This document shows positions 1 to 12,876 of a stretch of DNA of 64,000 nt, one piece after another. The notes beneath the pieces were generated by a model, which saw only the letters and a list, made by a program, of their open reading frames with translations, was not told the origin of the DNA and searched no databases. Origin of the DNA: Ramazzottius varieornatus (taxonomy: Eukaryota > Animalia > Tardigrada); contig BDGG01000015.1 in NCBI GenBank assembly GCA_001949185.1, positions 687,036-751,035 on the forward strand. The letters run 5' to 3'. A program made the translations under genes and the position numbers. Position 1 is the stretch's first letter. Every line of letters begins with the position of its first letter.

Positions 1-41
1 ACATCTGAGGAAGAAGAAGCTCATGTTGTTTGGGGTTGTAG

Positions 42-1183
42 GAAGATTAGTCATTCCATCATGTCGGATATGACCAAGATCGAGCAGAGCGGAAACCGTC
101 CTGGTAACAACCGTGGGGGCTCTGACCCGCCATCGACTCGCTCGTACGGCGCGGTGGATCGCCAGCCGGTCGACGAAGAGGAGGATGATGGATACTCGTG
201 CTCTTCCAAGTCCAAACCTTTGAAGTCTGCCTATGCATAGTAAGTGACCGCTCACTTCCTCCCAACCATTGGGGACTTGGACAAGTTCGACCAGTCGTTT
301 TCCCAAGTGGCGCCTGGTTTTTACTGGTGCCAGTAACACCGGATAAATCTGCCACTTCCGAAACCAACTAAACTCGATAAGATCGCTTTCCCAGATGGCG
401 TACGCTTCCAGCCACTAACAGTAGAAACGTGCGCCACTTGGGATAATGATTTTGTCCAGTCTGGTTGATTTGCCAAGTGGCACACATTTCTGATGTTGAA
501 GGCTGGAAGCGTGTGTGCCGCTTGAGAACTCATCCTGTCGGGTTTGTTTGCTCCCATTTGTGAAAGTTTTGACGGGGATTTTTATATGGACTTATTCTCC
601 TAGTTCAAGAGAGGAGCCGTCAAAGACAGACTACGATGACGCTTCTTGGGATATGGGCAACATGAAGATTAGCGATAAGAAGAAGTCCTACGATGAGGAT
701 AGCTATCAGTCTCCTTCGAACAACAAGAACCAGAGTTACTCGAAAAAGACTGAAATTTCCGCCTCGTCGGGTGATGACGCCCAGAAGAAGTTTGGTAATG
801 CCAAGTCCATCTCATCTGATATGTACTTTGGAAATTCCTCTTCCGCCTCAGACGTAAGTCAGAAACGCTTAGAGGAAATTGACCTTCCTGAAATCAAGTT
901 GTTGAATATTGGCTACTGTCTTCTTGTTTAGTGGGAAACGAAGAGTAACCTGAATCGGTTCGAAGGCAAGAATAGTATTTCCAGTGCAGATTACTTTGGT
1001 ACGTCTGACTCCTCTTCTTCGAACCGAGGCGGTGCCACTTCTGGTTACTCCAACATGAACGTTCAACCCCCGGATCTGAGTGAGCTGAAGGAAAGCGTCC
1101 GGCAAGGAGTGACCAAGGTGGCGGGAAGACTGTCCTCCATGGCTAGTAATGTTATGAGCAACCTCCAGGATCGTTACGGCTAG
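42..1183 (+). CDS. ARFGAP2: ADP-ribosylation factor GTPase-activating protein 2/3 (Glo3-type), last three exons (42-239, 604-853, 932-1183); 5' part lies outside the window
   Basis: Spliced translation KISHSIMSDMTKIEQ...AQKKFGNAKSISSDMYFG...LNRFEGKNSISSADYFG...LKESVRQGVTKVAGRLSSMASNVMSNLQDRYG*. It has both Glo3 ISS motifs and the typical C-terminus. GT-AG junctions keep frame. Confidence 0.93.
270..556. mobile_element. Palindromic AAGTGGCGCAC element, 3 units, both ends (ArfGAP intron)
   Basis: TGGGGACTTGGACAA...TTGTTTGCTCCCA ends enclosing three degenerate core-spacer-core units. Confidence 0.85.
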
Positions 1184-1789
1184 CATTCTCTTGCTTGTAC
1201 TTTCCTCACTAGATTATTTTACCCTAATTTTTCTCAGGCATCATTCGACTTGCTCCGAATTTAGAATTATCTTGGTACGAAAGAATTCAGCAGACCTCGA
1301 ATTTTGTAAGGCTTGTGTGGTGTCGAGTCGGGATTTAGACCGATTTGATACCCCTGCAATTTTATGTTTTCTTTATACGGCTTGATAATTATTTATTGCT
1401 GCCTTTTCCTTCTCTGCATAGTCCGGTTTCAAAGATTGGCTATCGTTTATGATTAACCTTTCTTTTGTCGAATAGTATACGTTGGTTTGTGAAGAAACGA
1501 CGACCTGCGTGATTTCACGAAGTACATAATAGCAAACAAACGGAACTTCGACTACCTTTCTGTCAAATTGCCGGAATGAAAATTCGTAAATGGGTCGACC
1601 TGGACTCTTTCAATTTGTGACAAGGCAATGAAACTCCACCGGCAAGAAAAAACAGCCGCATGTTACACATGATGGCCCTGGAATATTTCAAACATTTGTT
1701 TTAGTCGTTCAAAAACCGGTAGACTTGGGAAAAGCAAATTTGAGCCTTCAGCAGAACTTAATGTTCAAAGTGAATATCTTCCGGCCTTG

Positions 1790-4700
1790 TCACACCGGCG
1801 TTTCGTTGTTGAGTTCGAGCGCAGAAAGGAAGGTGGCACTGTAGGCAATGTGCCGATGCACATCGTTGGCGGCGTGGGGTATCTGGTGGTACCTCGAAGC
1901 TCGTCGAATGACATGATCGGTCGACTTTGAGTTGGACGAGTTCTCGTTTCTTCTTTGGGATGTAGGGGACCGTGAAGTCCTGCAATTGCACTTCTGGACG
2001 GAAGACCGAATGGCACCTCGGCAGTGCTTCCCGGCGCTACCCAGGCTGAGGAGCCGGATGAAGGCTTGCCGGAAGTTGGGGTTCACTACCGTGTAAATCA
2101 TTGGATTCACTGCAACAAAAAAGCAACTGGGACTATCGACAGACAACTCAACAAGATTGTGTTCCCAAGTGACGCGCGTTTGTGGTCTTGATACATCGAA
2201 ACGTGCGCCACGTCGAGCCACAGTTCTGTCGAGTTTGATTGTCTTTCCCAAGTGGCGCATGCTGTAAGCTAATAAAACTCAAAACGTGCGCCATCTGGAA
2301 AAATTCGACAAGATGGTTTTCCAAGTGGCGCACGCCATGGACCCAAAACACTGGAAGCGTGCACCACTTGAAAAGCGAGTTTACCGTCAAGGTACAGTCA
2401 CTTGCCTTTTTTCTACATCACTATGTACCTTGGTACGATTTCTCCATGCACGGCAGTTTTCAGTTTGCCTGTAGTTCTCTTACCTGTGCTTGAAACCCAG
2501 CCGAGCCAAAGGAAGACGGTGAAGACCACCGAAGGAATATTACAGCCGTCTTCACAAACGGCATAAACGGTGTTCATGATAAAGAAAGGGTTCCAGCAGA
2601 TGCTGAAGAGGAGGAAGATGATACCCAGGACCTTGATGGCCTTCTTCTCGCTGTCAATCTGCTTGGCTTTCTTCTGGGCCTTCTGCCGGCTCTTGTTGAG
2701 CAAGGCGGCAGCAGCGGCTATTCGCCCGGCTTTCTTGGCGTTGGGCGTCCTGGTGGGACTACTGCTGGAGTTCTCTTTCTCGGGCTGCTCCTCGGCGGAA
2801 CTGCTGGCTGAGGGCTGCTCTACGAAATTGACGGTGGGTGCGCCATTGGTGCTGACATTGGTCCTCGACGATTTGGTCCAGAAATAGGTGGTCTGTCCTG
2901 CAGCGCTCGCGTTGGAATGCGCTGCAAAAAAAAGAACGGTGTGGATTCAATCAAAGCCTGTCTCTGAATATATTCCCTGTATTGGGAAGTCATCGAGTCC
3001 GAAAATCCCAAAAGACAGCCGAATATCTTCTTTCACGAACACTTCGAGTCTACGATCGGATTTCAAAACTGTACTGTCTTACTGGCTTAATTTTTTCCAT
3101 ATTCCACCGAGTCAGCGCCATGACAGGTAAATCTGTTCTACGGTTTTTTGCAGTAGGATAATTTTAGCCTTTACCTTTGACAGTGTTGGCCCGGCTAGGT
3201 GAGGGTGGCGAATTCTTGGACCTCTTGATGGCCACACGTCCCGCTGCGCCCACGTCACGTTTGCCAGCCGACCACAGAGCTTGCTTCTGCAGTAGCAACA
3301 TAGTCTTGAGTAGCATGAGGACCATGACGGCTTCCGGAATGAAGAAGGCCACGACAGAGCCAGTCAGCATGATAACCGTGTTGTTCATGGTGCAGACATT
3401 GGCTTCTGGCATGACGGTGGCCATGTCCCGGAAGACGCTGTCAAGCAGCACCGGACACGAGATGGCAAAGCTCAGCGACCATACAACAAAGATCTTCATA
3501 CCGACGTCGGCTCGGACAGAACGCTTTCGCACCCGCAATGGTCGACTGATGCCCATGTAACGGTCAATACTGATCAGGCACATGTGCATGATGCTGGCGG
3601 TACAGAGGGTCACGTCGCAGAAGGCGTACAGGACACAGGTCGAGAACCCAAACGGCCAATATCCTCCTGGGAAAAACTCATAGGTAGATTATAATCAACA
3701 CGGAGACTGATATCACAGAAATACAAACTTCATACTTAGGGTACGAAAACAACAAATCTATAAAGCTCGGCAAGACCTTTTTCTGAGTGGCGCACACTTC
3801 CAGTCAATATCCGCCAATACGTGCGCCACTTGAGAAAATAATCAAATCGGACAACAACGTTTTCCCTAAGTGGCGCGACGGTTCGACCAATAACACTCGA
3901 AGCATGCGCCGCTTGGAATAACCATTGGGTGGAATTTGTTCGACGAGCTCTCGCAAGATTTTACGCCGTTGGCAGTGACGTCACATGGGAAAATTTAAAT
4001 CAGGTTTTAAGGAATTTCAGCTTTTGTTGTGCGACAAAATTAGAATTTGATTGACGAGTCAGGAATAACGTGTTGATATTTTTGGTGTCACGTTTCGAAT
4101 GACTGGAGGAACCTGATTTTCTCCACGTTTAATCAGTCGAAGTTACGATAATATCTGGCGTACTTCCTGCTGGTATCGACGCGGAGGAAACTAGGTGTAA
4201 TTTAACGCTCTGAATACGAGAGATCTCTCGTAATCTCGTGTTTGACATGAGCCACAACGAAGCAAGGACCTCTTGGCACGAAACCTTCGTTGAACACGAG
4301 CAAGTGAGATCGTTTCTCAAGGACTCGATCACGAGGTCCACCCGCCGCTCTTCTGCTTAAAGTGACTTTCGACAGTGGGCAGAGTATTGGCAAAGGGGAA
4401 TGACGCAATTTCTGTGGCTGACGTTAATGGCCCATTTATCAGTTGGGAGAGCGGGCGGAAGGACGGGAAGGAATTGCTGGATGATTGTGTCCGACGATTG
4501 GCCGTTTGCGGCGCTTAAAGAGATGCCGGAACCGCCAAGGCAAGAAAAGGGATGAAGGACCACTGTCAAGCGCTTTGTAGGCAACACTTGCTTATCCTTA
4601 AACGCCCACGAGGCCATCTGCTGTCGCTTGATGTTGATTAATGATGAAAGTATAACGACGTTACTCTATTTATCAAGCAGTATTTTCTCGATATAATCCG

Positions 4701-7700
4701 CCGTGTAATCCAATTTGCAGGCGACCTAAACAGACGATCGACCGCGCTCTTTTCGCTGACCTTAACCAAGCACTTCCAGTATCGACATTGTAGCGTGATA
4801 TTCGAAACAGTCCTTCTGTTCAACCAAAATCATATTCAGGGAAACTTCGAGGCTCTCAAAAACAGTTTTTGACAAATTTTTCTGACTCAGTTTTCAAGGA
4901 GCTGTTTTTTCCAGAGGAACGAATTTGGGTCGCGGCGGTCGTTGCTTTTGAATTTTCGAGCAAAATGTTGACAGAAACATGCGGGCTATTTTTGTGCACA
5001 ATCCGATGAAGTAAGTCAAGTAAGAGTTGCAGTATGAAGCAAAGTTCGTTAGAAAGACGATGGGACTAAACTGATGGAAGAGTTTGAAGGGAGTTATTCT
5101 TCCCCGACATAATGGATTGATTCGGCACTCATCAATTGCTCTTCACGTCAAATCGCTCATTTCCCACCGCCTCTATCTTCAGCTTCCTCCCGGCTACAAT
5201 AAGACTAGCTGGAATTTCCATGGATTCGATCCACATCTCCAAGATGGTAACTAAATTGTTCCGCTACAAAAGTCACCATTTATCAGAATTAATTTGTCAT
5301 TTAAAATTTTTAAAACATTTGACATCACCATTTTTCTTACCAGAAATTGGAGCGATATAATTGGAAACTCAACTCAATTCCAGAGTTCGTTTCAACTTCT
5401 ATTTTCCTCAAATCGAGCCAAATGTTTGCTGTTTTACCGATTTTATTTTACACAGAACACCGTAGAAAATAGTTTTGAAAATGTGGCAGAGTATCTTCTG
5501 ACGCCTGTGTTTCGTTTTGAATGCCAAGGTTTAACAACGATATCGTCTAGGGAGACCGATCGGAAAAGATTATCATATCTTCTTTATGATGGATACTAAG
5601 AGTTCAATGTTGATTTGGAGCAGGGTTATATTGTAAGCGGAAGCGGATGAAAAAGGACTCATTGTGGCAGAAGGCGATCATCTTTTTCTATGGTATCGGA
5701 ACTGCACGATCGATAAGTCAGTGTTTGCTGGGACCCGTTAATAAAAAGAGGTCTAGAACTGTAGATCCCAGACGTAATCCCATTTTATTCTTTTGTCACT
5801 CCGGAGGGAATCTATAAGATGTCGAGTTTCACATGGTGCGAACTGTCGCACGCTTCCGCATTTCATTATTCGACTCGGCCATGACAAGCAAGTCGGTCAC
5901 CCAATAGCGGCAGCCTGTGTGACGTCAGCGCGGCCGTTAGATTGCTAGGTGGCCGGCTCATCTTGCTTGCCTCCTTCTGTTGACGGAGAATTCCTTCGGC
6001 GTAGAGCACTGTAACTTACGGATGACACGCGTGAGATTACTCAGATAGGTCTGCCTTGACCTGCTGGAAAAGGAGTAAACATTTGGTACTGTTGCAGTGT
6101 TGGTTGTCGGGTGAAAAGGCGCTCATTAAGTCAACGAGTCCGTTTAATGATGGCTACACAGTTTCCTATTCAGAGATAACTGCCGCGCGCCACGCATGCC
6201 CGAATGCTCCATTGACTTGCCCATCACGCCCAGATTTAAATGCTCTTTCTATGCTAAAAAGCGCATCTCCCTTCCGAAGACGAAGCGCTTCCTTCCGGTT
6301 CCGCCCGGTGGAAAAAACAGCCGTGACAAATTTTTCCAGCACACTCGAGATCCAACCCGCGGGCCTCATGATTGGGTGCTTGCGCGCCATTGTCGCGCAC
6401 GCATTTATTCCCTCCCTAACCCAACTCTTCCCTTAGCGCACCTATAAACAAAACTATTGCCTAAAACTAACCTTCCGCAAAACCTTGGAACACTGGGAGA
6501 AACTTTGCAGTAATCTAGGCCCTGTTTCACATACGCAGTCTGGCGATAACGTTGCAAAGTTTTGCTGCGCGACCGAATCGGGGAAAGCTTTTACTTTCAC
6601 ACGTTTGATTATCTTGGGGGGAAATGACATGTCGCGGAACAAACTGTTCTTCTCTGTCATAAAATATGTTATAGCATAGGCAGAGTGGATAGACACGTTC
6701 TGAGACGGTGATGATGGATATAAAGAAATGTGTGCTGACTTGTGGATTAACCGAGTATTTGGGCATACAGACGACGGCGTTACAAAGCCATCACTCCCAT
6801 CAATAACGTTCGTCTCGCCCATCGACAGATAAGAAAAAAAGCGGATGGGGAATGCAGGTTCGGGGTGGATACGCTGTTATGAGCCAATTGAGCCACCATC
6901 GTTCGCGCCAATGAAGATGGGGAAAAAGCAATGACGGTTTTGGGAGCAGTGTAAAAGCGGAATGGAGCTGTATGCACATGCATGTATAAAGGATTATCCC
7001 ATCTAAGAGCAACAGCCGACATTCAGCTTTTTCGGCTTCCCCTCTCAAGACGCACATTGACAAAGTGCCAAAGTGGCCGTGGGTGACGAAAACGGATGAA
7101 TACAGAATACGAAATACAAAGGGCGGACCCACTTGTCTTTGGCTTCCGATCCCCGAAGACCTTCCTCGTGGATAAAGAACGCATAACCAACATTGACCGT
7201 TCTGCCCAACCTCAAACAGCAGATACGTCACAGCGGGCACTCGGAAAACTTTTGATGCCTCGCCCGAAGGTTTCTAGGAAGTTAGAGTTATAATTTTAGT
7301 GAAGTCGAGTCTTTTTCCTTCCCCAGTCGCCGCACGTTTGCAGTGTAACGGGCCGAAAACGTGCGCTACTTGGAGAAACAATCCGGTCGGCTGACCAGAT
7401 GGCGCACATTTTCAGCGATATTGGCAGAAATCGTGCGTCACGAGCAGGTCGAGTTTGATTGCCGGAGATCCCGGAAATTACAGAAGAATCAATAGATATC
7501 CGTTACGAAACCATGGTCTTCAAGCAGACTAAAAACCGATCGGAAAGCACCTCCTAGTCTTAAGCTCCCGAAAACGGACATGGAGAAGTGTGTGGACGGC
7601 TTTGCTGAAGGACCGGGAATTTTATCTGGTGAGCGCTGGCGCGATCTCCTGCTGAGTGAATGGCGGAAGGAAGCGAAACGTGGAAAGCTCGGCCATAGTG

Positions 7701-9134
7701 CAGTGTGGCATGGAAAATCATCAGAGAATAAAAGATTCTCCGGGGATTCATTTGTCAAGAAGTTGAAGCAACGTTTCTTTAACCTTGACGAATGCCCATC
7801 TCAGATATAGAAGACTGGAAGACAGTATAGTGACAAGACACCACGCGGCGGACCTATTTCCGGGTGTGGATGATGTTACAGCACAGGCATCCAGCCAAGA
7901 GCGCGCCACACTTTGCACCCAATGCCAAATGGCCACTTTGCATTTTTCGCACCTTTTTACTGCGGACTACCAAACGACACTAATCACCTCGCCAATTGCA
8001 CAACAACACGCGGTAACGGCCAACTTTGACACGCTGGAATATCACTGTCCACTCACACATGCCGATAATTTCCGCCGAACATGCCGTATGCTCGTACAAA
8101 GAAATCCCTCAGATTATTCTTCGGACGTTGTCTTACTGTGGGCGAACATTCCATTCATGGTAATCCCCAACAGGCACTTCCCCGCTTTCACGTCATGGAA
8201 AAACCATTGTACAAAATTAATAGACCGATTATCCTCTTACATTGTTGTCAATTTTAAATTGATGAGGAATTACTTTATATAACCCCAACTGCATTCTCCG
8301 CAGTAACGTCACGCGACAAATACCTCGAATATTCTTGTCCTTTCAAGAAGTCACCTAAAATGCATTTCCTAACAAAAACTCAGCACGGATCTTTTGTTCA
8401 TGTGTCCCTCTATTTTTGTCTTAGCCATAACCGACAACTCTCTCAGTACCATTTGGGAGGTAGGCAAACGAAACGCACTACAGTGTACGACAAAATAAAA
8501 CGTTAAAAATGGGTGTGTGGAGCCAGATGGTTAAAGCCAATGAAATTCGCGCATGCAGCAAAACCTAATTCTCATTGCCTGAGTCGCAAGTAAGCTCAGC
8601 TGGGGTGTTACGCCCATTATTAACGGTTAATTTTGTCGTACACTGTGTGTCCATACTTTCAGTGGCGCAGGCCTGTAGCCAGTAACACGAAAACGTGCGC
8701 CACTTGAAAACGCAATCTTGAACATTACCTTTGCCGACCTCCCAGTTTCAGTTTCTCATGGAGCGACCACGCTTAATGACTTTTTCAACTCCTGAAAATC
8801 TTGTGATATGGTTTTGGCTAGTTTTCGACCTACCTAGAATTTCATAGACCATTCCGAGGGGCATAACGACTACTGAGACGAGCATATCAGCGACGGCCAG
8901 TGAAAGCAGGAAATAATTGGTCGGTGTTTGTAGGCGTTTATCGGTGGCCACCGCCACACAGACCAGGCAATTGCCAATGAAGCCGGCCAGGATGAAGAGC
9001 ACTCCCGGCAGAGCCCACCAATTATACTCAAAGTCCGGCTCGAGGTACGCCGTGGCGTTGTCGTTGTCCCAATCACTGACCGACTGGTTACTGCCCGTGA
9101 AAGCGAAAAAGGCCTCGTCCACATCGCCTTGCAT
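1790..9134 (-). CDS. HTR2: 5-HT2-type serotonin receptor (aminergic GPCR); exons 9134-8834, 3666-3175, 2921-2484, 2109-1790
   Basis: GN (TM1), LSLAVADML (TM2), [21 protein letters not shown] (TM3 with Asp3.32), [18 protein letters not shown] (TM6), [14 protein letters not shown] (TM7), C-terminal ETPV PDZ-type motif. Splice phases are consistent. Confidence 0.88.
2128..2390. mobile_element. Palindromic AAGTGGCGCAC element, 3 units (5-HT2 last intron)
   Basis: TGGGAC start; units at about 2166, 2249 and 2322. Confidence 0.85.
3763..3955. mobile_element. Palindromic AAGTGGCGCAC element, 2 units (5-HT2 intron 1)
   Basis: GAGTGGCGCAC-25nt-GTGCGCCACTTG plus a second unit. Confidence 0.85.
7301..7473. 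mobile_element. Palindromic AAGTGGCGCAC element, 2 degenerate units
   Basis: Cores plus GTCGAGTTTGATTGCCGGAGATCCC end. Confidence 0.7.
8454..8744. mobile_element. Palindromic AAGTGGCGCAC element, 1 unit, interrupted by a Tc1-like MITE
   Basis: TGGGAGGTAGGCAAACGAAAC left end at 8454, unit at about 8660-8706, TTTGCCGACCTCCCA right end. Confidence 0.85.
8481..8645. mobile_element. Tc1/mariner-type MITE, 165 bp, nested
   Basis: About 36-bp TIR CAGTGTACGACAAAAT(A/T)AA(A/C)CGTTAA(A/T)AATGGG(T/C)GT; TA on the left, TG on the right. Confidence 0.8.
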
Positions 9135-10317
9135 GGAGGATGAAGGCAGATCTTGTCAAAATCTTAATCCACCGCCAATTTAATATTCCACTCAGCTGTC
9201 ACATTAGGTCCCCGATTCTGTCTCACGATAATCATTCGAGGAACTCAAGTCACTACAGTTCCCCACAAACAACAGCACAGAAAATTCGATTCGACCATTT
9301 TGGGCGTAAAATTTTCGTGGGCAAAGTCCCAAAAACGAAACGAAGTCAACGATATTGCAGAGAAATATGAGGTAAGATATTTTCCTGACAGAATTTGGAG
9401 GTCCGTGCGCGGGTATAAGTGGGCAGAAAAGTGTTGGCGGCTCAAGATTGGCCTGTAAGATGGGATAAATTATTGTTGTGGGCCGGAAAAGGCCATTCGA
9501 CAGTCTCAGAGGAGCTGGCTGGCGATGCTATCATTCGCTGATTGTCAATAGCCAAGTGCTGACGTGCTGTGAAAGGCTGTATCAACGTCAGCGGATTGGG
9601 GTCTATGGGTTGGTGCATGCGGTACTTTACTCCTCCATGCCGTCTTGGGCAGTCCCGCTGCGTCCGCCCTCACTCTCCCGACATTCGACAAGGATGGCAA
9701 GCCCTGCTGTGGACCTGTCGAATGGTGGAAGAAAACCCTTTCCATTTTGCCCATACGGGACCTACACTGACACACACAAGAGCCCGCTCATAATCACTCC
9801 ATCAAACGTCTTTGACGCCAAAGGCGCGGCATGAGCCTACGTACAGTAGAATAAAAGAACGCGAGCAAGCCGATCCACTCTACAGTCTGCACCGTATAGT
9901 ACCACTTCGGAAAGACACACCCTTCACCCCCGCACTAATTGCCCGCACCTTTCGGAAGGTACGATATGGAGTACCGCAACAAAAGACTGGAACACAGGCA
10001 TAGACGACGAAGAACCCGGAACGTATGGTCACAACTGAAGCGGACCAGTGACCGATTGGTTACAGCCACTGAGTGGAATAATCAACAAGATACGAAGCGC
10101 GCCGTTCTGTCAACACAAAATCTTATTGGATTTGATATGCTAAACTGCTTCGCAGTTTCAACGCCCGTCTACATCTGGCACGAGTTCGTCGGCTGCGAAC
10201 TGGATCATCCTATCATTCAAATAGACACTACCATGGCTGGCTAATCGGTAATTTAACGCTTCGGCTCGTAAGAGCCGATCACATCGCATGTCAGAAAACC
10301 TATCAAATTTCCTGAAA

Positions 10318-10526
10318 TAGGAGATCGGGAAACGAAACGGTACGAGTTCGTCCTCTTAAGTGACGCACGGTTCTACCCAATTACAACTAAAGCGTGCGCC
10401 ACTTGACGTGATAACGATCTTGTCGAGTTTATTGTTTTTCCATGTGGCGCCCATTTTCACTATTATTGGCTGGAAGCGTGCGCCACTCGAATCACGATCT
10501 TGGACGTTTCGTTTGCCGGTCTCCCA
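10318..10526. mobile_element. Palindromic AAGTGGCGCAC element, 2 units, both ends
   Basis: TAGGAGATCGGGAAACGAAACG ... CGTTTCGTTTGCCGGTCTCCCA. Confidence 0.9.
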
Positions 10527-12297
10527 AGTACCAAAACATGAGTCTTTCTTCCCTGAGAAAGCCGACCAGTTATCGACAGTTTGGACGCTGACAGGTAGTC
10601 TGCTCATCACAACGAAGAAGCAGATAGCCATGAAATGGTGGGCACATATGCATTGATGGAAAACGTAGATATGGAAATGATCAAATTATTTTTGAGTCCG
10701 TCGGGGAATTCATTTCGGGATTTGGGACAGACAAGCAAGTCTGGGTATTTTCGTATACGCAGAAACAAAGTATTGTATTTGCCCAAAACTGACTTTCTAT
10801 TTTGGATCAATTTCCTTCCTGTCACATTTGTCGCAAATGGCCGTCTAAAACCTCCCCTATTCTTCGATCTCTCGCCTTCAGCATTTCACTGTATAAAACT
10901 TAAGAACGTCTACTAGCCACTTTCCTAGAGGTTGGAGGTTTATAATACTCTGGCGCTCTAGAATCACGATCTGTGAAGTGGCAGCATCTTGCTTGTATCA
11001 CTGACGCGAATTTATTTGTTCAGAAAGCAACTTGACAAATCTATTGCTGTGATTACCGGCGAACGAAAATATTGTAGATTCTTGTCACAGCAGCACATGT
11101 CAGATAACGTAAAGCCTCTGATCGATCGATAAGTTCAATAAGCCTCAGCATAATAAAAACAATTGGGGAATCCACAACAGCCGAGTCAACCAATCTCCCG
11201 GAATTTCAAACAACACAAATGGCCTTTCGAAGGGGATAGAACATGTTCTGGTCTTGCCCTTGTAACATTCCGACGAAAGACTAGAGAATACTCCAAACCA
11301 GTTACATCACACTCTACCTGACAGAGCTGGAAGCCGATACTACCACTTCCGGTATGACGGTGCGGCTTAAATCAACAGAGGAAATGGTTGTCATATTTAG
11401 TCCGATTCCCCATACACACCGAAAGTCTAGCGAACTATGCAAACAGTCCTATCGTGCACGCGGATCGATAAACTTATATTTTGCATAAAAAATCACTCGG
11501 ATATTACGTTATAATTTCCGCGAAAAAAAAATATTTTCGATCCGGAAGTGGGAAAACATTTTCAAAAATGCGAGTTTCCGGATCTGCTACAATTTATAAT
11601 ATCCCGAAAAAGCTATTCGACTACAAAGTGTTGACATAAGCGTCTGAGTATTTTGCATATATATTGAAGCTTTCTTCCAAGCAAATACTGTAGTCAGGCT
11701 GTACGATGGTAGTTCACTACGATGAGACACTATAGAGGATAGAGGACAAGATTTCGTAAACACTTCGCTTGCTGCGTTTACTCGGAATGCCATCCTGTGT
11801 TGAGTGAAGACATGACGGACCTGAGAGATTGTAAAAGAGACAAAGAAATCTGGTCATTCATGGTAGTGGTAGAATAAGCACCTGGAAGCCTATAGGCAAG
11901 GTCCCCACGAGACGATGCCTCACGACATCATTATAGTCTGTCCTTAACTACCTCCTATCCTCCGTCAAATTGTGGCCTTTATAAATACGAAATGGCAAGT
12001 GCTGTTTGATGATGACGTCTTGCGAATGCCAAGATTCACTTTGTCATCAGAGACTGCTATAATATCCGAGCCTCGTTAAAACGGCCCATAGTGCCGCTAT
12101 CTGACGGGATTTACGGCGGCGTTTCTCCGATAGACTCACTCGTGTCGCCACCATCATGATGGAAAGCCATCAAGTAGCGCTATAAAATCCCTACAAACGA
12201 CTCCTTACTACTTTCTTAATCTCCCATAATCGAACAGAACCCTGTCCAGCTGGTGAAAGACAAGGAACTCCATGCTAACGCACACAGTCCAATTCTA

Positions 12298-12402
12298 CAA
12301 GTGTTGAAAAGGCACCCCTTCCGGCGGTCACGCGGTCTTGTAAAATTAATCAATGGTAACTGACATCACGTGACCACCGGAAGGTATGCCTTTTCAGCAC
12401 TG
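12298..12402. mobile_element. Tc1/mariner-type MITE, about 105 bp
   Basis: TA-CA(A)GTG(T/C)TGAAAAGGCA..CCTTCCGG(C/T)GGTCACG inverted repeat, TA on both flanks. Confidence 0.75.
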
Positions 12403-12458
12403 TAGCACAAACCAGATTTTGGTAGACCGTAATGAGCCACCTGTATAACCATGACATA

Positions 12459-12583
12459 CTGCAATGCTTCATGAACTTCGCGAATCACGTCATCATAGGC
12501 GCGAAACATCCCTTAGGGGGTTGATAGAGCAAAACTTTCGGACCAGGGCTCGTCTATACGCGTATGTTCATGAAGCATTACAG
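12459..12583. mobile_element. TA-flanked MITE-like inverted repeat, about 125 bp
   Basis: TA-CTG(C/T)AATGCTTCATGAAC...CGCG inverted repeat, TA on both flanks. Confidence 0.65.
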
Positions 12584-12876
12584 TACACGTATTCCTGCTT
12601 GAGACTGACGGCACGGCGTGCCATGGTCCTCATTAATATCGGTGACCAACCGAAGGTACACCCATGTACTCGCGGTCTTCTCAGAATTTAATCAAACAAA
12701 AATCATAAACCTAATTTTCCCGCGTAGCTCAACAGTCAAGTGTAGCGCGAAAGCACAGTAACACAAAAAGGTCTGATATTTGGATAAGAAAAATTAGGGC
12801 AGGAAGCCGTCAACGATTCTTATTTTGGTCCCTTATCTGTGCAAAGTCTCTCATCACATTTTCGGCAATCACACAA

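Noticed and set aside
2148-2493. Many short ORFs sharing QVAH/KRAPL/CATW/KWRT/VRHL peptides
   Set aside because: These are translations of the palindromic element in different frames, not a protein family.
6458-7298. Possible weak inverted ends around an 840-bp intronic segment
   Set aside because: Similarity is too short and gapped, with no TSD or coding remnant.
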